Assembly (NCBI GenBank): GCA_019414665.1
Contig: DXLO01000001.1
Location: forward strand, 28,472 to 92,471
DNA length: 64,000 nucleotides
Reading direction: 5' to 3'
Source of the DNA: Bacteroides sp.
Lineage (GTDB): Bacteria > Bacteroidota > Bacteroidia > Bacteroidales > Bacteroidaceae
In this document: positions 1 to 10,325 of the stretch, in pieces
Position numbering within the stretch: position 1 is the stretch's first letter
Layout: each line of letters begins with the position of its first letter
Notes under the pieces: model-generated
What the model was told of the DNA's origin: nothing
What the model saw: only the letters and a program-made list of their open reading frames with translations
Database searches by the model: none
Translations under genes and position numbers: made by a program

Positions 1-1666
1 GACAACTTCACTATATGCAGATTATGAATATTCCTGGAACAAGCACAATTTCAAAGTTACAGCAGGTATGAATACCGAATATTATTACATCAACGAATTA
101 ATCGGCAAACGCTATGATGTCATCAACGAAAATGTCCCCAGTATCAATACGGCCACTGGTACAAGTGATTTGAAAGGCTCCTCAAAAGAATGGGCTACAA
201 TGGGATATTTTGCCCGTTTAAATTATGACTACGAAGGACGATACCTATTAGAAGGAAACATTCGTCGCGATGGAACTTCACGCTTCCGCGGTAACCAACG
301 ATGGGGCACATTTCCCTCTGTTTCTATAGGTTGGAACATCGCCCGCGAAGCATTCTGGAGTCCGGCAGAAGCATATGTCAACCTGTTAAAACTACGTTTT
401 TCTTACGGTAGCCTAGGCAATCAGAATACAGATAATTATTATCCTACTTATTCTATTCAAAATATAACTGTAGGTAGCGTAGATGCCGGCGGACGCTGGC
501 TGCTTGACTTAGCCAACAAGTCCAATATAGCATCTTCCCCCGGTCTCGTCAGTTCCTTGCTCACATGGGAACGTGTCACCAGCTATAATGCAGGACTTGA
601 CTTTGGTGCATTTAACAATCGTCTGAACGGATACGTTGAATACTACATTCGTGATACCAAAGACATGGTAGGACCTGCCGAAGAAATAACTCCATTAGTA
701 GGAGCATCAGCTCCCAAAATGAATAATACCTCTTTACGAACCAAAGGCTGGGAATTACAACTAACTTGGCAGGACAGAATTGGTAAAGTAGGGTATCATG
801 CTTCTTTCAATCTATCTGATGCTCAAACAGAAGTAACAGAATATCCCAATCCTGATAAAACATTTTACACCAAAGATGGAGACGGAAACACCATTGAAAA
901 TTATTGGAAAGGGAAAAAATTAGGCGAAATATGGGGATTCAAAACAGTAGGCATAGCAAAAACCGATGAAGAAATGCAATCATGGATAGCCCAACATGAC
1001 CAAAGCAAATTACCCAATGTAGGAAACAATATTTGGAAAGCCGGTGATATCATGTACGCTAACCTGGATGACAATCCTGCCATAGAAAAAGGTACGTCTG
1101 CCACTGATCCGAAAGATTTAACCATTATTGGAAATTACACACCCCGCTTTCGTTTTGGCTTCTCATTAGGAGCTGACTATAAAGGATTTGATATCAATCT
1201 AATGTTCCAGGGCGTAGCCAAACGTGACGTTTGGGTAGGAGGCGACGACAGAACCGCTTATTCTAAAGGTATGATTTTCTGGGGTATCAACGGGGGGCAA
1301 TGGGATTCCACCGGATACGAAGAACACATGGATTACTTCCGTCCTGAAGGAGATGAAATGGGAGCAAATCTCAATGCTTATTATCCGCGCCCCATTATTG
1401 GAAGTAAACAAAACCAGCAGGTACAAAGTCGTTACTTGCAGAATGCAGCTTACATCCGCTTGAAAAACATACAAATAGGTTACACGTTGCCTAAAGCATG
1501 GATACAAAAAGCTAACCTGGAGAAAGTACGACTATTCTTCTCCGGAGATAATTTATGGACTGGTACCAAGATGAGTAAAAATTTTGATCCAGAACTAATT
1601 TACCAAAACGGTATGAGTTATCCGTTAAGCTATACTCTATCATGTGGAATTAATATTACATTATAA
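1..1666 (+). CDS. SusC-like TonB-dependent transporter, 5'-truncated by window edge
   Basis: Frame is open from position 2, upstream of the track's ATG at 68. SusC barrel motifs GYFARLNYDY, LTWE, YIRLKNIQIGYTLP and C-terminal GINITL; followed by susD. Confidence 0.95.
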   Translation, partial: TTSLYADYEYSWNKHNFKVTAGMNTEYYYINELIGKRYDVINENVPSINTATGTSDLKGSSKEWATMGYFARLNYDYEGRYLLEGNIRRDGTSRFRGNQRWGTFPSVSIGWNIAREAFWSPAEAYVNLLKLRFSYGSLGNQNTDNYYPTYSIQNITVGSVDAGGRWLLDLANKSNIASSPGLVSSLLTWERVTSYNAGLDFGAFNNRLNGYVEYYIRDTKDMVGPAEEITPLVGASAPKMNNTSLRTKGWELQLTWQDRIGKVGYHASFNLSDAQTEVTEYPNPDKTFYTKDGDGNTIENYWKGKKLGEIWGFKTVGIAKTDEEMQSWIAQHDQSKLPNVGNNIWKAGDIMYANLDDNPAIEKGTSATDPKDLTIIGNYTPRFRFGFSLGADYKGFDINLMFQGVAKRDVWVGGDDRTAYSKGMIFWGINGGQWDSTGYEEHMDYFRPEGDEMGANLNAYYPRPIIGSKQNQQVQSRYLQNAAYIRLKNIQIGYTLPKAWIQKANLEKVRLFFSGDNLWTGTKMSKNFDPELIYQNGMSYPLSYTLSCGINITL

Positions 1667-1686
1667 ACTTTAAATAAATCATAATC

Positions 1687-3600
1687 ATGAAATTAAAATA
1701 CATCATACTCCCTATAATAGCAACTTCATTCGCTATAAGCTCATGTAACGATTTTCTAGATAGAGAACCATTGACAGACAATGTGAATGAAGGTTTTTTC
1801 ACAGAACCAAGCCAATTGCAGGCTTATTGTAACAAGAAATACGAACTATTGCCCGATTTCAAAGACACCAATCTTTTTACCAACGATCAAACCAGTGATA
1901 ACCAAGCAGGAACAGATCCTGTAGATTTCTTTCTACCGCAACGTATCAAAGTTGCCGCCACAGGAAGTTATAATCGGCAAGGACATTTGCGCGACTGTAA
2001 CCGATTGTTATATTACGCTTTGGAAAATATCCAAAAAGGGGAACTGGAAGATACCCGCGAAACTCAGCAATATATCGGTGAGATTTACTTCTTCAGAGCT
2101 TACATCTATTTCGAATATTTGAGGAAATTCGGAGATTTTCCCATTATCAAATCAGAACTTAGCGCAGATGATTATGCCGCCAATGTGGAAGCAAACAAAC
2201 GTAAGCCACGTAATGAAGTGGCCCGATTTATTCTAGAAGACCTGAACGAAGCCATTGCCCGATTATTACCGCGCAGTAATAATCTGACCAATCACCGTCT
2301 GAACAGAGAGTGTGCCTATCTATTTAAATCACGTGTAGCCCTGTATGAAGCAAGTTGGGAAACCTACCATCAAGGAACCGCACGAGTACCAGGTGGTCCG
2401 GGCTGGCCGGGCGGTACTTTCAATGGCAACCTTAATACTGAAATAGATTTCTTCCTGACTGAAGCGATGGCATCTGCCAAAGAAGTGGCAGAAGCAATAC
2501 AAATCTCTGATAAAATAGAAGATTATATGAATATGTTCAATCAATATGATCTTTCTTCCAACAAAGAGGTATTATTATGGCGTATGTATAGTGCGGATGC
2601 CAAAGTGAATAGCTTAGTAGAAGGCAATTATCATAGCATATACAATGAAAACGGTGAAGGCTGTGTGGGACAAGGTGGAGGTTATACACGATCCATGGTT
2701 GAAACTTTCCTAACTACCAATGGCCTGCCTATTTATGCACCAGAAAATACAGAATACAAAGGCGACAAGAGTATCCCCGATGTAATGGAGAATCGTGATT
2801 TACGCCTTGTAGAATCAACATTCAAACCGGGTGATATGGTTTGGAGAGGTGGTAATATGGACCAAGACGGAAGAATGGTCTATGCAAATCTACTACAAGC
2901 TTATCAAAACTTAAGCAGAACAGCTACAGGATATTTAGTTCGTAAAGGATGGAGAGACAGCAATGTAGCTCCAGCGGATAATTCACCTTTGGCTTATATG
3001 ATATTCCGCGCCAGCGAAGCATATCTCAACTATATGGAAGCTGACTATATGAAAAACAAAAATCTAGATGATTATAGCAAAAAATACTGGAGAGCTTTGA
3101 GAAAGCGTGCCGGCGTATCAGAAAACTTCCAAAAAACTATCGATGCAACAGATCTAAGTAAAGAAAACGATCTGGCTGTTTGGTCCGGAAGTCAGATGAT
3201 AGACAAAACTTTATATAATATCCGCCGTGAACGACGTTGCGAATTTATAGCAGAAGGCATGCGTAAAGATGATCTTTTACGCTGGCGTTCACTAGATAAA
3301 ATGAAAAACTATCAAACAGAAGGATTCAATTGGCAAGAGTATCAAAAAGAGCCTTACTATGTGAAACAATTGGCTGCCGGCTTAGTGGTTAGTAATTCTA
3401 AATATTTACGTCCGCATTTTGCCAACGAACTGATCATTACCAACAATGGCTACAACTTTGAAGAAGCGAATTACCTGACCCCTATCTCTTATGACGTATT
3501 CCGTCTTTCAACCCCTGAGAAAGGAGGCGATATTTCCACTTCCGTTGTTTATCAAAATCCAGGCTGGCCTGTCGGTGCCAATCAATATGCTCTGCAATAG
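1687..3600 (+). CDS. SusD/RagB family glycan-binding lipoprotein
   Basis: Lipobox FAISSC; GEIYFFRAY, ERRCEFIAEGMR and QNPGW SusD motifs. Confidence 0.95.
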   Translation: MKLKYIILPIIATSFAISSCNDFLDREPLTDNVNEGFFTEPSQLQAYCNKKYELLPDFKDTNLFTNDQTSDNQAGTDPVDFFLPQRIKVAATGSYNRQGHLRDCNRLLYYALENIQKGELEDTRETQQYIGEIYFFRAYIYFEYLRKFGDFPIIKSELSADDYAANVEANKRKPRNEVARFILEDLNEAIARLLPRSNNLTNHRLNRECAYLFKSRVALYEASWETYHQGTARVPGGPGWPGGTFNGNLNTEIDFFLTEAMASAKEVAEAIQISDKIEDYMNMFNQYDLSSNKEVLLWRMYSADAKVNSLVEGNYHSIYNENGEGCVGQGGGYTRSMVETFLTTNGLPIYAPENTEYKGDKSIPDVMENRDLRLVESTFKPGDMVWRGGNMDQDGRMVYANLLQAYQNLSRTATGYLVRKGWRDSNVAPADNSPLAYMIFRASEAYLNYMEADYMKNKNLDDYSKKYWRALRKRAGVSENFQKTIDATDLSKENDLAVWSGSQMIDKTLYNIRRERRCEFIAEGMRKDDLLRWRSLDKMKNYQTEGFNWQEYQKEPYYVKQLAAGLVVSNSKYLRPHFANELIITNNGYNFEEANYLTPISYDVFRLSTPEKGGDISTSVVYQNPGWPVGANQYALQ

Positions 3601-3701
3601 GTTTAGATAAAATAACTCAAAAAGGGTGTAGTTTAATTCGTTACAATGTATTCTTATTGTACCTTTGAACACACCCTTTACCAATATCATACCGAATTAA
3701 T

Positions 3702-5138
3702 ATGAAATTTTTATATAAAAAAACATTTTTCATCTTTCCGTTCTTGACTTCTATCTATTTACAAGCTCAAGAAAAACCTAACCTGGTCTTCATCATGGCA
3801 GATCAGTGGAGAGGAGATGCTTTAGGTTGTCTCGGAAAAGAACCTGTCAAAACACCTTGCCTGGACCAACTGGCCCGTGAAGGTGTGAATTTCACCAATG
3901 CTGTCAGCAGCTATCCCGTATCTTCACCGGCACGAGGCATGTTGATGACAGGCATGTATCCGCATAAGAACAAAGTAACAGGCAATTGCAATTCTGCCAA
4001 CGCTCCTTATGGAGTAGAACTTCCACAAGATGCACGCTGCTGGAGTGATATACTTAAAGCCAATGGATACCAAACAGGATATATCGGCAAATGGCATCTG
4101 GATGCTCCTCATGAACCATACATAGATACTTACAACAACCATGGTACAGTTGCTTGGAACGAATGGTGTCCAAAAGAACGCCGGCACGGTTTTGACTATT
4201 GGACCGCTTATGGTACTTACGACTACCATTTAAAACCCATGTACTGGGACACTGACGCTCCCCGGGACAGTTTTTATTATGTCAATCAATGGGGACCGGA
4301 GTATGAAGCCGACAAAGCGATTGAGTACCTCAACGGACATATAGATAAAACGCAGCCATTTGCCTTAGTCGTATCCATGAACCCTCCACACACCGGTTAC
4401 GAGTTGGTACCCGACCGATACAAGGAGATGTATAAAAACCTGAATGTAGAGGCATTATGTGCCAACCGTCCCGACATTCCCGCCAAAGGCACTGAAATGG
4501 GTGACTATTTCCGAAACAATATCCGCAATTACTATGCCTGCATGACCGGAGTCGATGAAAATATAGGTCGGATAATCAACGAATTGAAACGTTTGGGTTT
4601 ATTTAAAAATACTATTGTAGTATTCACTTCTGACCACGGCATCTGCATGGGGGCTCATGAACAAGCCGGAAAAGATATCTTTTATGAGGAATCCATGCGA
4701 ATTCCAGTCCTTATCTCATGGCCGGAAAAAATAAAGCCGAAAACCGACCGAACAACCATGATAGCTTTTGCCGACTTGTATCCGACCCTGCTTTCCATCA
4801 TGGGCTTTCAGCAACAAATACCGGAAGAAGTACAAACATTCAACCTTGCTTCCGTTCTCCTCTACGGAAAAGAAAACAACCGCATTGTCCAACCCTATTA
4901 TTACATACAGTCATCCAATCCGGCAACAGGCTACCGGGGATTACGCACCGCTACACATACGTTTACTATCCATGCAACCGATGGTAAGGTAGATAAGATT
5001 ATTCTATTCGACAGGAGATCAGACCCTTACCAAATGAATAATATAGCTATGCAGCATCCCAAACTGGTAAACCGATTGAAAAGCCAATTAAAAACATGGC
5101 TGCAAAAAACAGAAGATCCATTTTTTAATTATTTATAA
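3702..5138 (+). CDS. Ser-type S1 sulfatase
   Basis: PNLVFIMADQ, SSPAR signature, GYIGKWHL, FTSDHG; signal peptide. Confidence 0.93.
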   Translation: MKFLYKKTFFIFPFLTSIYLQAQEKPNLVFIMADQWRGDALGCLGKEPVKTPCLDQLAREGVNFTNAVSSYPVSSPARGMLMTGMYPHKNKVTGNCNSANAPYGVELPQDARCWSDILKANGYQTGYIGKWHLDAPHEPYIDTYNNHGTVAWNEWCPKERRHGFDYWTAYGTYDYHLKPMYWDTDAPRDSFYYVNQWGPEYEADKAIEYLNGHIDKTQPFALVVSMNPPHTGYELVPDRYKEMYKNLNVEALCANRPDIPAKGTEMGDYFRNNIRNYYACMTGVDENIGRIINELKRLGLFKNTIVVFTSDHGICMGAHEQAGKDIFYEESMRIPVLISWPEKIKPKTDRTTMIAFADLYPTLLSIMGFQQQIPEEVQTFNLASVLLYGKENNRIVQPYYYIQSSNPATGYRGLRTATHTFTIHATDGKVDKIILFDRRSDPYQMNNIAMQHPKLVNRLKSQLKTWLQKTEDPFFNYL

Positions 5139-5141
5139 CCT

Positions 5142-6527
5142 ATGAAGATACTATATACATCCCTTCTCTTCCTTATGAACTGTGTACTGAGTGTTGCACA
5201 ACCGGAAGTCATTATACCCAAACCGCATCAATTGAAATGGCACGAAGCGGAAATGGGAGCCGTATTTCATTATGACCTCCACGTATTCGACGGCATCCGC
5301 TACGGACAAGGCAATAACCGTATCAGCCCCATTGAAGATTATAATATATTTAATCCTACCCAACTGGATACTGACCAATGGATTCAGGCAGCCAAAGCCG
5401 CAGGCTGCAAATTCGCCGTACTCACAGCCACGCATGAAACCGGCTTCGGATTGTGGCAAAGTGACGTAAACCCATACTGCCTGAAAGCTGTAAAATGGCG
5501 TGATGGCAAAGGAGACATTGTCCGCGACTTTGTCAACTCCTGCCGTAAGTATGGTATCCAGCCGGGCATCTATGTAGGCATCCGGTGGAATTCACTTCTA
5601 GGTATCCATAATTTCAAGGTAGCCGGTGACGGAGAATTTGCCGCCAACCGACAGGCGTGGTATAAACGCTTCTGCGAGAAAATGGTGGAAGAACTTTGTA
5701 CCCGCTATGGAGATTTATATATGATTTGGTTTGATGGCGGAGCCGATGACCCACGAGGTGACGGTCCTGATGTGGAACCCATCGTCAATAAATACCAACC
5801 CAACTGCCTGTTCTACCACAACATAGACCGTGCTGATTTCCGCTGGGGAGGTTCAGAAACCGGCACAGTGGGATACCCCTGCTGGTCCACTTTTCCGGCC
5901 CCCTGTTCACATCATAAACGTATTGAAAGCCAAAAAGACCAAATAGCCTTATTAAAACAAGGTGATCCCGAAGGCAAATACTGGGTACCAGCTATGGCAG
6001 ACAGCCCCCTGCGTGGTGCCAACGGCCGCCACGAATGGTTTTGGGAACCCGATGACGAGAATAATATCTATCCATTGACAACGTTGATGGATATGTACGA
6101 AAAATCAGTGGGCCGCAACGCTACGTTAATCATCGGGCTGACCCCCGATCCCGATGGGCTATTGCCGGCAGGTGACGAACAGCGTTTAAAAGAATGGGGA
6201 GAAGAAATAAACCGGCGCTTTGGTACACCATTGGCGGAAACCCAAGGCCGGAGGCAACGGCTTACGCTGAATCTGAATGAAAAACAACCGGTCAACTACT
6301 GCATCATCCAAGAAGACATTGCCAAAGGCGAAAGAATACGCCAATACAAGATAGAAGCGAAAGTCAACGGAAAATGGCAGACAGTGTGCTCCGGCGAGTC
6401 TGTGGGACACAAACGCATTGCACACTTCGAACCGGTAGAAACCACCGCCTTGCGCCTCACCGTAACCCAATCCGTTGCCTTACCCGAAATCAGACATTTC
6501 AGTGCCTATAACGTAACCCTCAAATAA
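5142..6527 (+). CDS. GH29 alpha-L-fucosidase with C-terminal CBM32/F5-8-like domain
   Basis: ATHETGFGLW, ELCTRYG, IWFDGG, KSVGRNATL GH29 motifs; signal peptide. Confidence 0.9.
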   Translation: MKILYTSLLFLMNCVLSVAQPEVIIPKPHQLKWHEAEMGAVFHYDLHVFDGIRYGQGNNRISPIEDYNIFNPTQLDTDQWIQAAKAAGCKFAVLTATHETGFGLWQSDVNPYCLKAVKWRDGKGDIVRDFVNSCRKYGIQPGIYVGIRWNSLLGIHNFKVAGDGEFAANRQAWYKRFCEKMVEELCTRYGDLYMIWFDGGADDPRGDGPDVEPIVNKYQPNCLFYHNIDRADFRWGGSETGTVGYPCWSTFPAPCSHHKRIESQKDQIALLKQGDPEGKYWVPAMADSPLRGANGRHEWFWEPDDENNIYPLTTLMDMYEKSVGRNATLIIGLTPDPDGLLPAGDEQRLKEWGEEINRRFGTPLAETQGRRQRLTLNLNEKQPVNYCIIQEDIAKGERIRQYKIEAKVNGKWQTVCSGESVGHKRIAHFEPVETTALRLTVTQSVALPEIRHFSAYNVTLK

Positions 6528-6533
6528 AAAATC

Positions 6534-8609
6534 ATGAGAGAATATAAAGCAATATTCATTTGTATCCTGATTTGCAATGTATTTGTTTGTCCGAAATCCT
6601 TCGGGCAAACAGATTACACATATGAAAAAGGAAAGTCATTCAAGAACACAAACGCTTTGTCAATGACAGATACGATTGATTTAACTTCCATTTCTTCTCC
6701 CATATCCTATAAGAAATCCATACCCGGACAAACCCAGACTATTGCCTGTCCGGTACGGTTACCCGGGTACGTCCGAGGTATTTTCTTCAGCCGAGACTCC
6801 CGTCCGGTAGATTTTGAATGGCCCAACAATACCAACCGGCTCCTACCTTGGGTGTTCAACGATTTAAAAGAATTAACCGACACCCGCTATCCGGGAATAC
6901 CTTCCAATGCAACCCCATCTACGTTGGGAGATGCATTACTGCTGGAACTGACAAACGGAGAATACTTGTTTGCCAAAGCTGTTGCCGGCCGTAACAGTTT
7001 AAGCTGGCTGCAAGTAAACGATAACGGCTCTGTCACCCTATATGTATCCACCTTAGGAAAAGACTATCTGAAACCGGAAGTCCCTCTTCTACTCATCCGA
7101 CAAGGAAAAGATATTTATTCAACCATTCGGCAAGCCTATCAAGCGCTGATGAAAAATACAGAAGCCGCCGACTTAAAAAGCCGCACAGCCAAGGAATATT
7201 TCGAAGCTTTCCGCTATCTCGGTTGGTGTACATGGGAACATTATCATGATGATATAAACGAATCCAAGGTAATAAACGATATGAAAACGATAGAGGCATC
7301 CGGCATTCCTATCCGGTATGTACTGATTGACGACGGTCATCTCGCCCACAAGAACAGGCAACTGACCGGTTTCATACCGGATAAACAACGTTTCCCGTCG
7401 GGATGGAAAAAAATCATGTCATACAAAAAAGAAAATAAAATCAAATGGATCGGACTGTGGTACAGCCTTTCGGGATACTGGATGGGATTATCCCCCGAAA
7501 ACGGATTTCCACAAGTCGTCCGACAAGCCCTATACCCACACGCCGGCAGCCTTCTGCCAGGAACGGACAGCACCCGCATCCGTTCCTTCTATCGCTACTA
7601 CATCAGCACCTTAAAAGAACAAGGATTCGATTTTCTGAAAGTAGATAACCAAGCTTTTACGCTGCCACTCTACATGGGAGGGCATGAAAGTATCCGCCAG
7701 GCAACCGACTGTAACCGAAGCCTGGAAGCCGAGATCCACCGGCAAAATATGGGATTAATGAACTGTATGGCACAGAACGTCATCAATACCGACCATACGT
7801 CATACAGCAACAGCACCCGTGTCAGCATAGACTATAAGAAATATGATGAGGATATGGCAAAATCACATCTATTCCAGTCTTATACCAATACCCTGCTACT
7901 AGGACAAACCGTATGGCCCGACCATGATATGTTTCATTCCTGCGATACCGTTTGCGGCACTTTGATGGCACGTTCCAAGGCCATTTCCGGAGGTCCGGTC
8001 TACCTGTCGGACGCCCCCGGGGACTTTATCAAGGAAAACATCTTTCCCTTAATTGACAAACAAGGCAAACTGTTCCGCCCCGAAGCTCCTGCCGTACCTA
8101 TGCCGGAATCTATACTGACCAATCCATTATGGAGTGGAAAAGCATATCGAGTAGCAGCTCCCTCAGGCAACGGAGCAATGACATTAATCTGTTACAACCT
8201 GAATGCTTCCCCCCGACATCAGCAAGTCCAGGCCACTATAAAAAAAGAAGATTATTCTCTTCGGAACAGTTTTGAGAAAATGTCTGCCACCCCCGAAGAA
8301 CGCGTGCTGCTTTATAATTGGGAATCACAAAAGGCAGAAGAACTATCAGACAGCAGTACATTCGAACTTATCGGATTTACAGACAAACTGTTTCATCTCT
8401 GCCCCATACGGAAAGGATGGGCAGTCATTGGCATACAGGAAAAGTATCTGTCCCCGGCCACCGTCCAAACTATCTCTTTAACAGAGAACCGCTTGGTGCT
8501 AAACGTACTATGTACAGGTACACTAAAAGTATGGATAGAAAATTCCGGCAAGCAAGAACTGAGAAGTATTTCCATAGATACCCCCCAAAAAATTGTAATC
8601 GAAAAATAA
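6534..8609 (+). CDS. GH36 (Sip1/raffinose-synthase-like) alpha-galactosidase
   Basis: LGWCTWE, VLIDDG, FLKVDNQ, WPDHDMFHS, AISGGPVYLSD motifs. Confidence 0.85.
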   Translation: MREYKAIFICILICNVFVCPKSFGQTDYTYEKGKSFKNTNALSMTDTIDLTSISSPISYKKSIPGQTQTIACPVRLPGYVRGIFFSRDSRPVDFEWPNNTNRLLPWVFNDLKELTDTRYPGIPSNATPSTLGDALLLELTNGEYLFAKAVAGRNSLSWLQVNDNGSVTLYVSTLGKDYLKPEVPLLLIRQGKDIYSTIRQAYQALMKNTEAADLKSRTAKEYFEAFRYLGWCTWEHYHDDINESKVINDMKTIEASGIPIRYVLIDDGHLAHKNRQLTGFIPDKQRFPSGWKKIMSYKKENKIKWIGLWYSLSGYWMGLSPENGFPQVVRQALYPHAGSLLPGTDSTRIRSFYRYYISTLKEQGFDFLKVDNQAFTLPLYMGGHESIRQATDCNRSLEAEIHRQNMGLMNCMAQNVINTDHTSYSNSTRVSIDYKKYDEDMAKSHLFQSYTNTLLLGQTVWPDHDMFHSCDTVCGTLMARSKAISGGPVYLSDAPGDFIKENIFPLIDKQGKLFRPEAPAVPMPESILTNPLWSGKAYRVAAPSGNGAMTLICYNLNASPRHQQVQATIKKEDYSLRNSFEKMSATPEERVLLYNWESQKAEELSDSSTFELIGFTDKLFHLCPIRKGWAVIGIQEKYLSPATVQTISLTENRLVLNVLCTGTLKVWIENSGKQELRSISIDTPQKIVIEK

Positions 8610-8627
8610 CTTATAAAACCAGCCGAT

Positions 8628-10181
8628 ATGAATAAAAAACTACTTGTATCTTTCGCTCTCGCTTCCTTAACAGGAATCTCGACGCAAGCAAAAGAAAAAA
8701 TGTCTTCAGAAACAACCCAACAACGTCCCAATATCATCTTATTTATGGTGGACGACATGGGTTGGCAAGATACATCCTTACCTTTCTGGACACAGAAAAC
8801 ACATTATAATGAAGCCTACGAAACTCCCAATATGGAACGTCTGGCCAAGAAAGGGATGATGTTCACACAAGCATACGCCTGCAATATCAGTTCCGCTACC
8901 CGTTGCAGTCTGATAACGGGTGCTAACAACACCCGACATCGTGTAACAAACTGGACACTTGAAAAAAACAAAGCTACCGACAGACCAAGCAATACAATAC
9001 AATTGCCAGACTGGAACTACAACGGAGTCAGCCAAGTAACAGGAACGCCCAATACCTTTGTCGGCACTTCTTTCGTTGAGTTACTCAGACAGAACGGTTA
9101 TCATACCATCCACTGCGGAAAAGCTCATTTCGGTTCTATTGACACACCGGGAGAGAACCCTACCCATTGGGGGTTTGAAGTAAATATAGCCGGACATGCC
9201 GCCGGTGGTCTGGCTACTTATCTGAGCGAACAGAACTACGGGCACACCCGCGATGGAAAGCCCTATTCACTAATGGCCATCCCCGGCTTGGAAGATTATT
9301 GGGGAACAGGTATATTTGCAACAGAAGCCCTGACACAAGAAGCTATCAAAGCATTGGACAAAGCAAAAAAGTACAATCAACCTTTTTATCTATATATGGC
9401 ACATTATGCCATCCACGTTCCTGTTGACAAAGATATGCGCTTCTTCCCCAAGTATATTAAAAAAGGACTTAGTGACAAAGAAGCCGCATATGCATCCTTA
9501 ATTGAAGGAATGGATAAAAGTCTGGGGGATTTGATGAACTGGTTGGAAAAAAATGATGAAGCAGACAATACCGTTATTATTTTTATGAGTGACAACGGAG
9601 GGCTAGCTGCCGAACCCGGATGGCGCGACGGACAAATTCACACTCAAAACGCTCCTCTCAATAGTGGCAAAGGCTCCTTATATGAAGGAGGAATACGCGA
9701 ACCAATGATTGTAAGCTGGCCCGGAGTAGTCACCCCGGATACTCGTTGTGACAAATATCTTATAATTGAAGATTTTTATCCTACCATACTTGAAATGGCG
9801 GGTATCACAAACTATGAGACAGTCAACCCTATAGACGGTATCAGCTTTATGCCCCTGCTGAAAGGTACAGGAGACCCGTCCAAAGGACGCGCACTGGTAT
9901 GGAATTTCCCTAATATCTGGGGTAATGACGGACCAGGCATCAATCTGGACTGCTCTATCCGCAAAGACGAATGGAAACTGGTCTATTATTATGAAACCGG
10001 TAAAAAAGAACTTTTCAACATACCAAATGATATCAGTGAAAAAAATGATGTAGCAAAGCAACATCCCGGCATCGTAAAACGGCTCTCCAAGGAATTAGGG
10101 AACTATTTGCGAGCAACAGGAGGACAACGTCCCACATTCAAAGCCACAGGAAAAACCTGCCCATGGCCTGATGAAATCTAA
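8628..10181 (+). CDS. Ser-type S1 sulfatase with SxAxR signature
   Basis: PNIILFMVDDMG, SSATR, CGKAHFG, FMSDNGG, GKGSLYEGGIREP; signal peptide. Confidence 0.92.
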   Translation: MNKKLLVSFALASLTGISTQAKEKMSSETTQQRPNIILFMVDDMGWQDTSLPFWTQKTHYNEAYETPNMERLAKKGMMFTQAYACNISSATRCSLITGANNTRHRVTNWTLEKNKATDRPSNTIQLPDWNYNGVSQVTGTPNTFVGTSFVELLRQNGYHTIHCGKAHFGSIDTPGENPTHWGFEVNIAGHAAGGLATYLSEQNYGHTRDGKPYSLMAIPGLEDYWGTGIFATEALTQEAIKALDKAKKYNQPFYLYMAHYAIHVPVDKDMRFFPKYIKKGLSDKEAAYASLIEGMDKSLGDLMNWLEKNDEADNTVIIFMSDNGGLAAEPGWRDGQIHTQNAPLNSGKGSLYEGGIREPMIVSWPGVVTPDTRCDKYLIIEDFYPTILEMAGITNYETVNPIDGISFMPLLKGTGDPSKGRALVWNFPNIWGNDGPGINLDCSIRKDEWKLVYYYETGKKELFNIPNDISEKNDVAKQHPGIVKRLSKELGNYLRATGGQRPTFKATGKTCPWPDEI

Positions 10182-10198
10182 TTCCCGTCAGTATATGA

Positions 10199-10239
10199 AA
10201 TATGCCCGACTACATTTTCTTGATGTAATCGGGCATATT
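10199..10239. terminator. Stem-loop between convergent sulfatase and rnc, probable bidirectional terminator
   Basis: AATATGCCCGA-C-TACAT...ATGTA-A-TCGGGCATATT inverted repeat. Confidence 0.7.
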
Positions 10240-10325
10240 CCAATGTATTATGTATTCCTGCCGGACATACCCAAAACCACCGGAATAGCTAATTAATAAA
10301 TTATAAACAATATCGATAAAATCCG

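Noticed and set aside
3621..3679. Invertible promoter
   Set aside because: Inverted repeats are only 9 bp and ~41 bp apart, shorter than typical Bacteroides invertons; no recombinase nearby.
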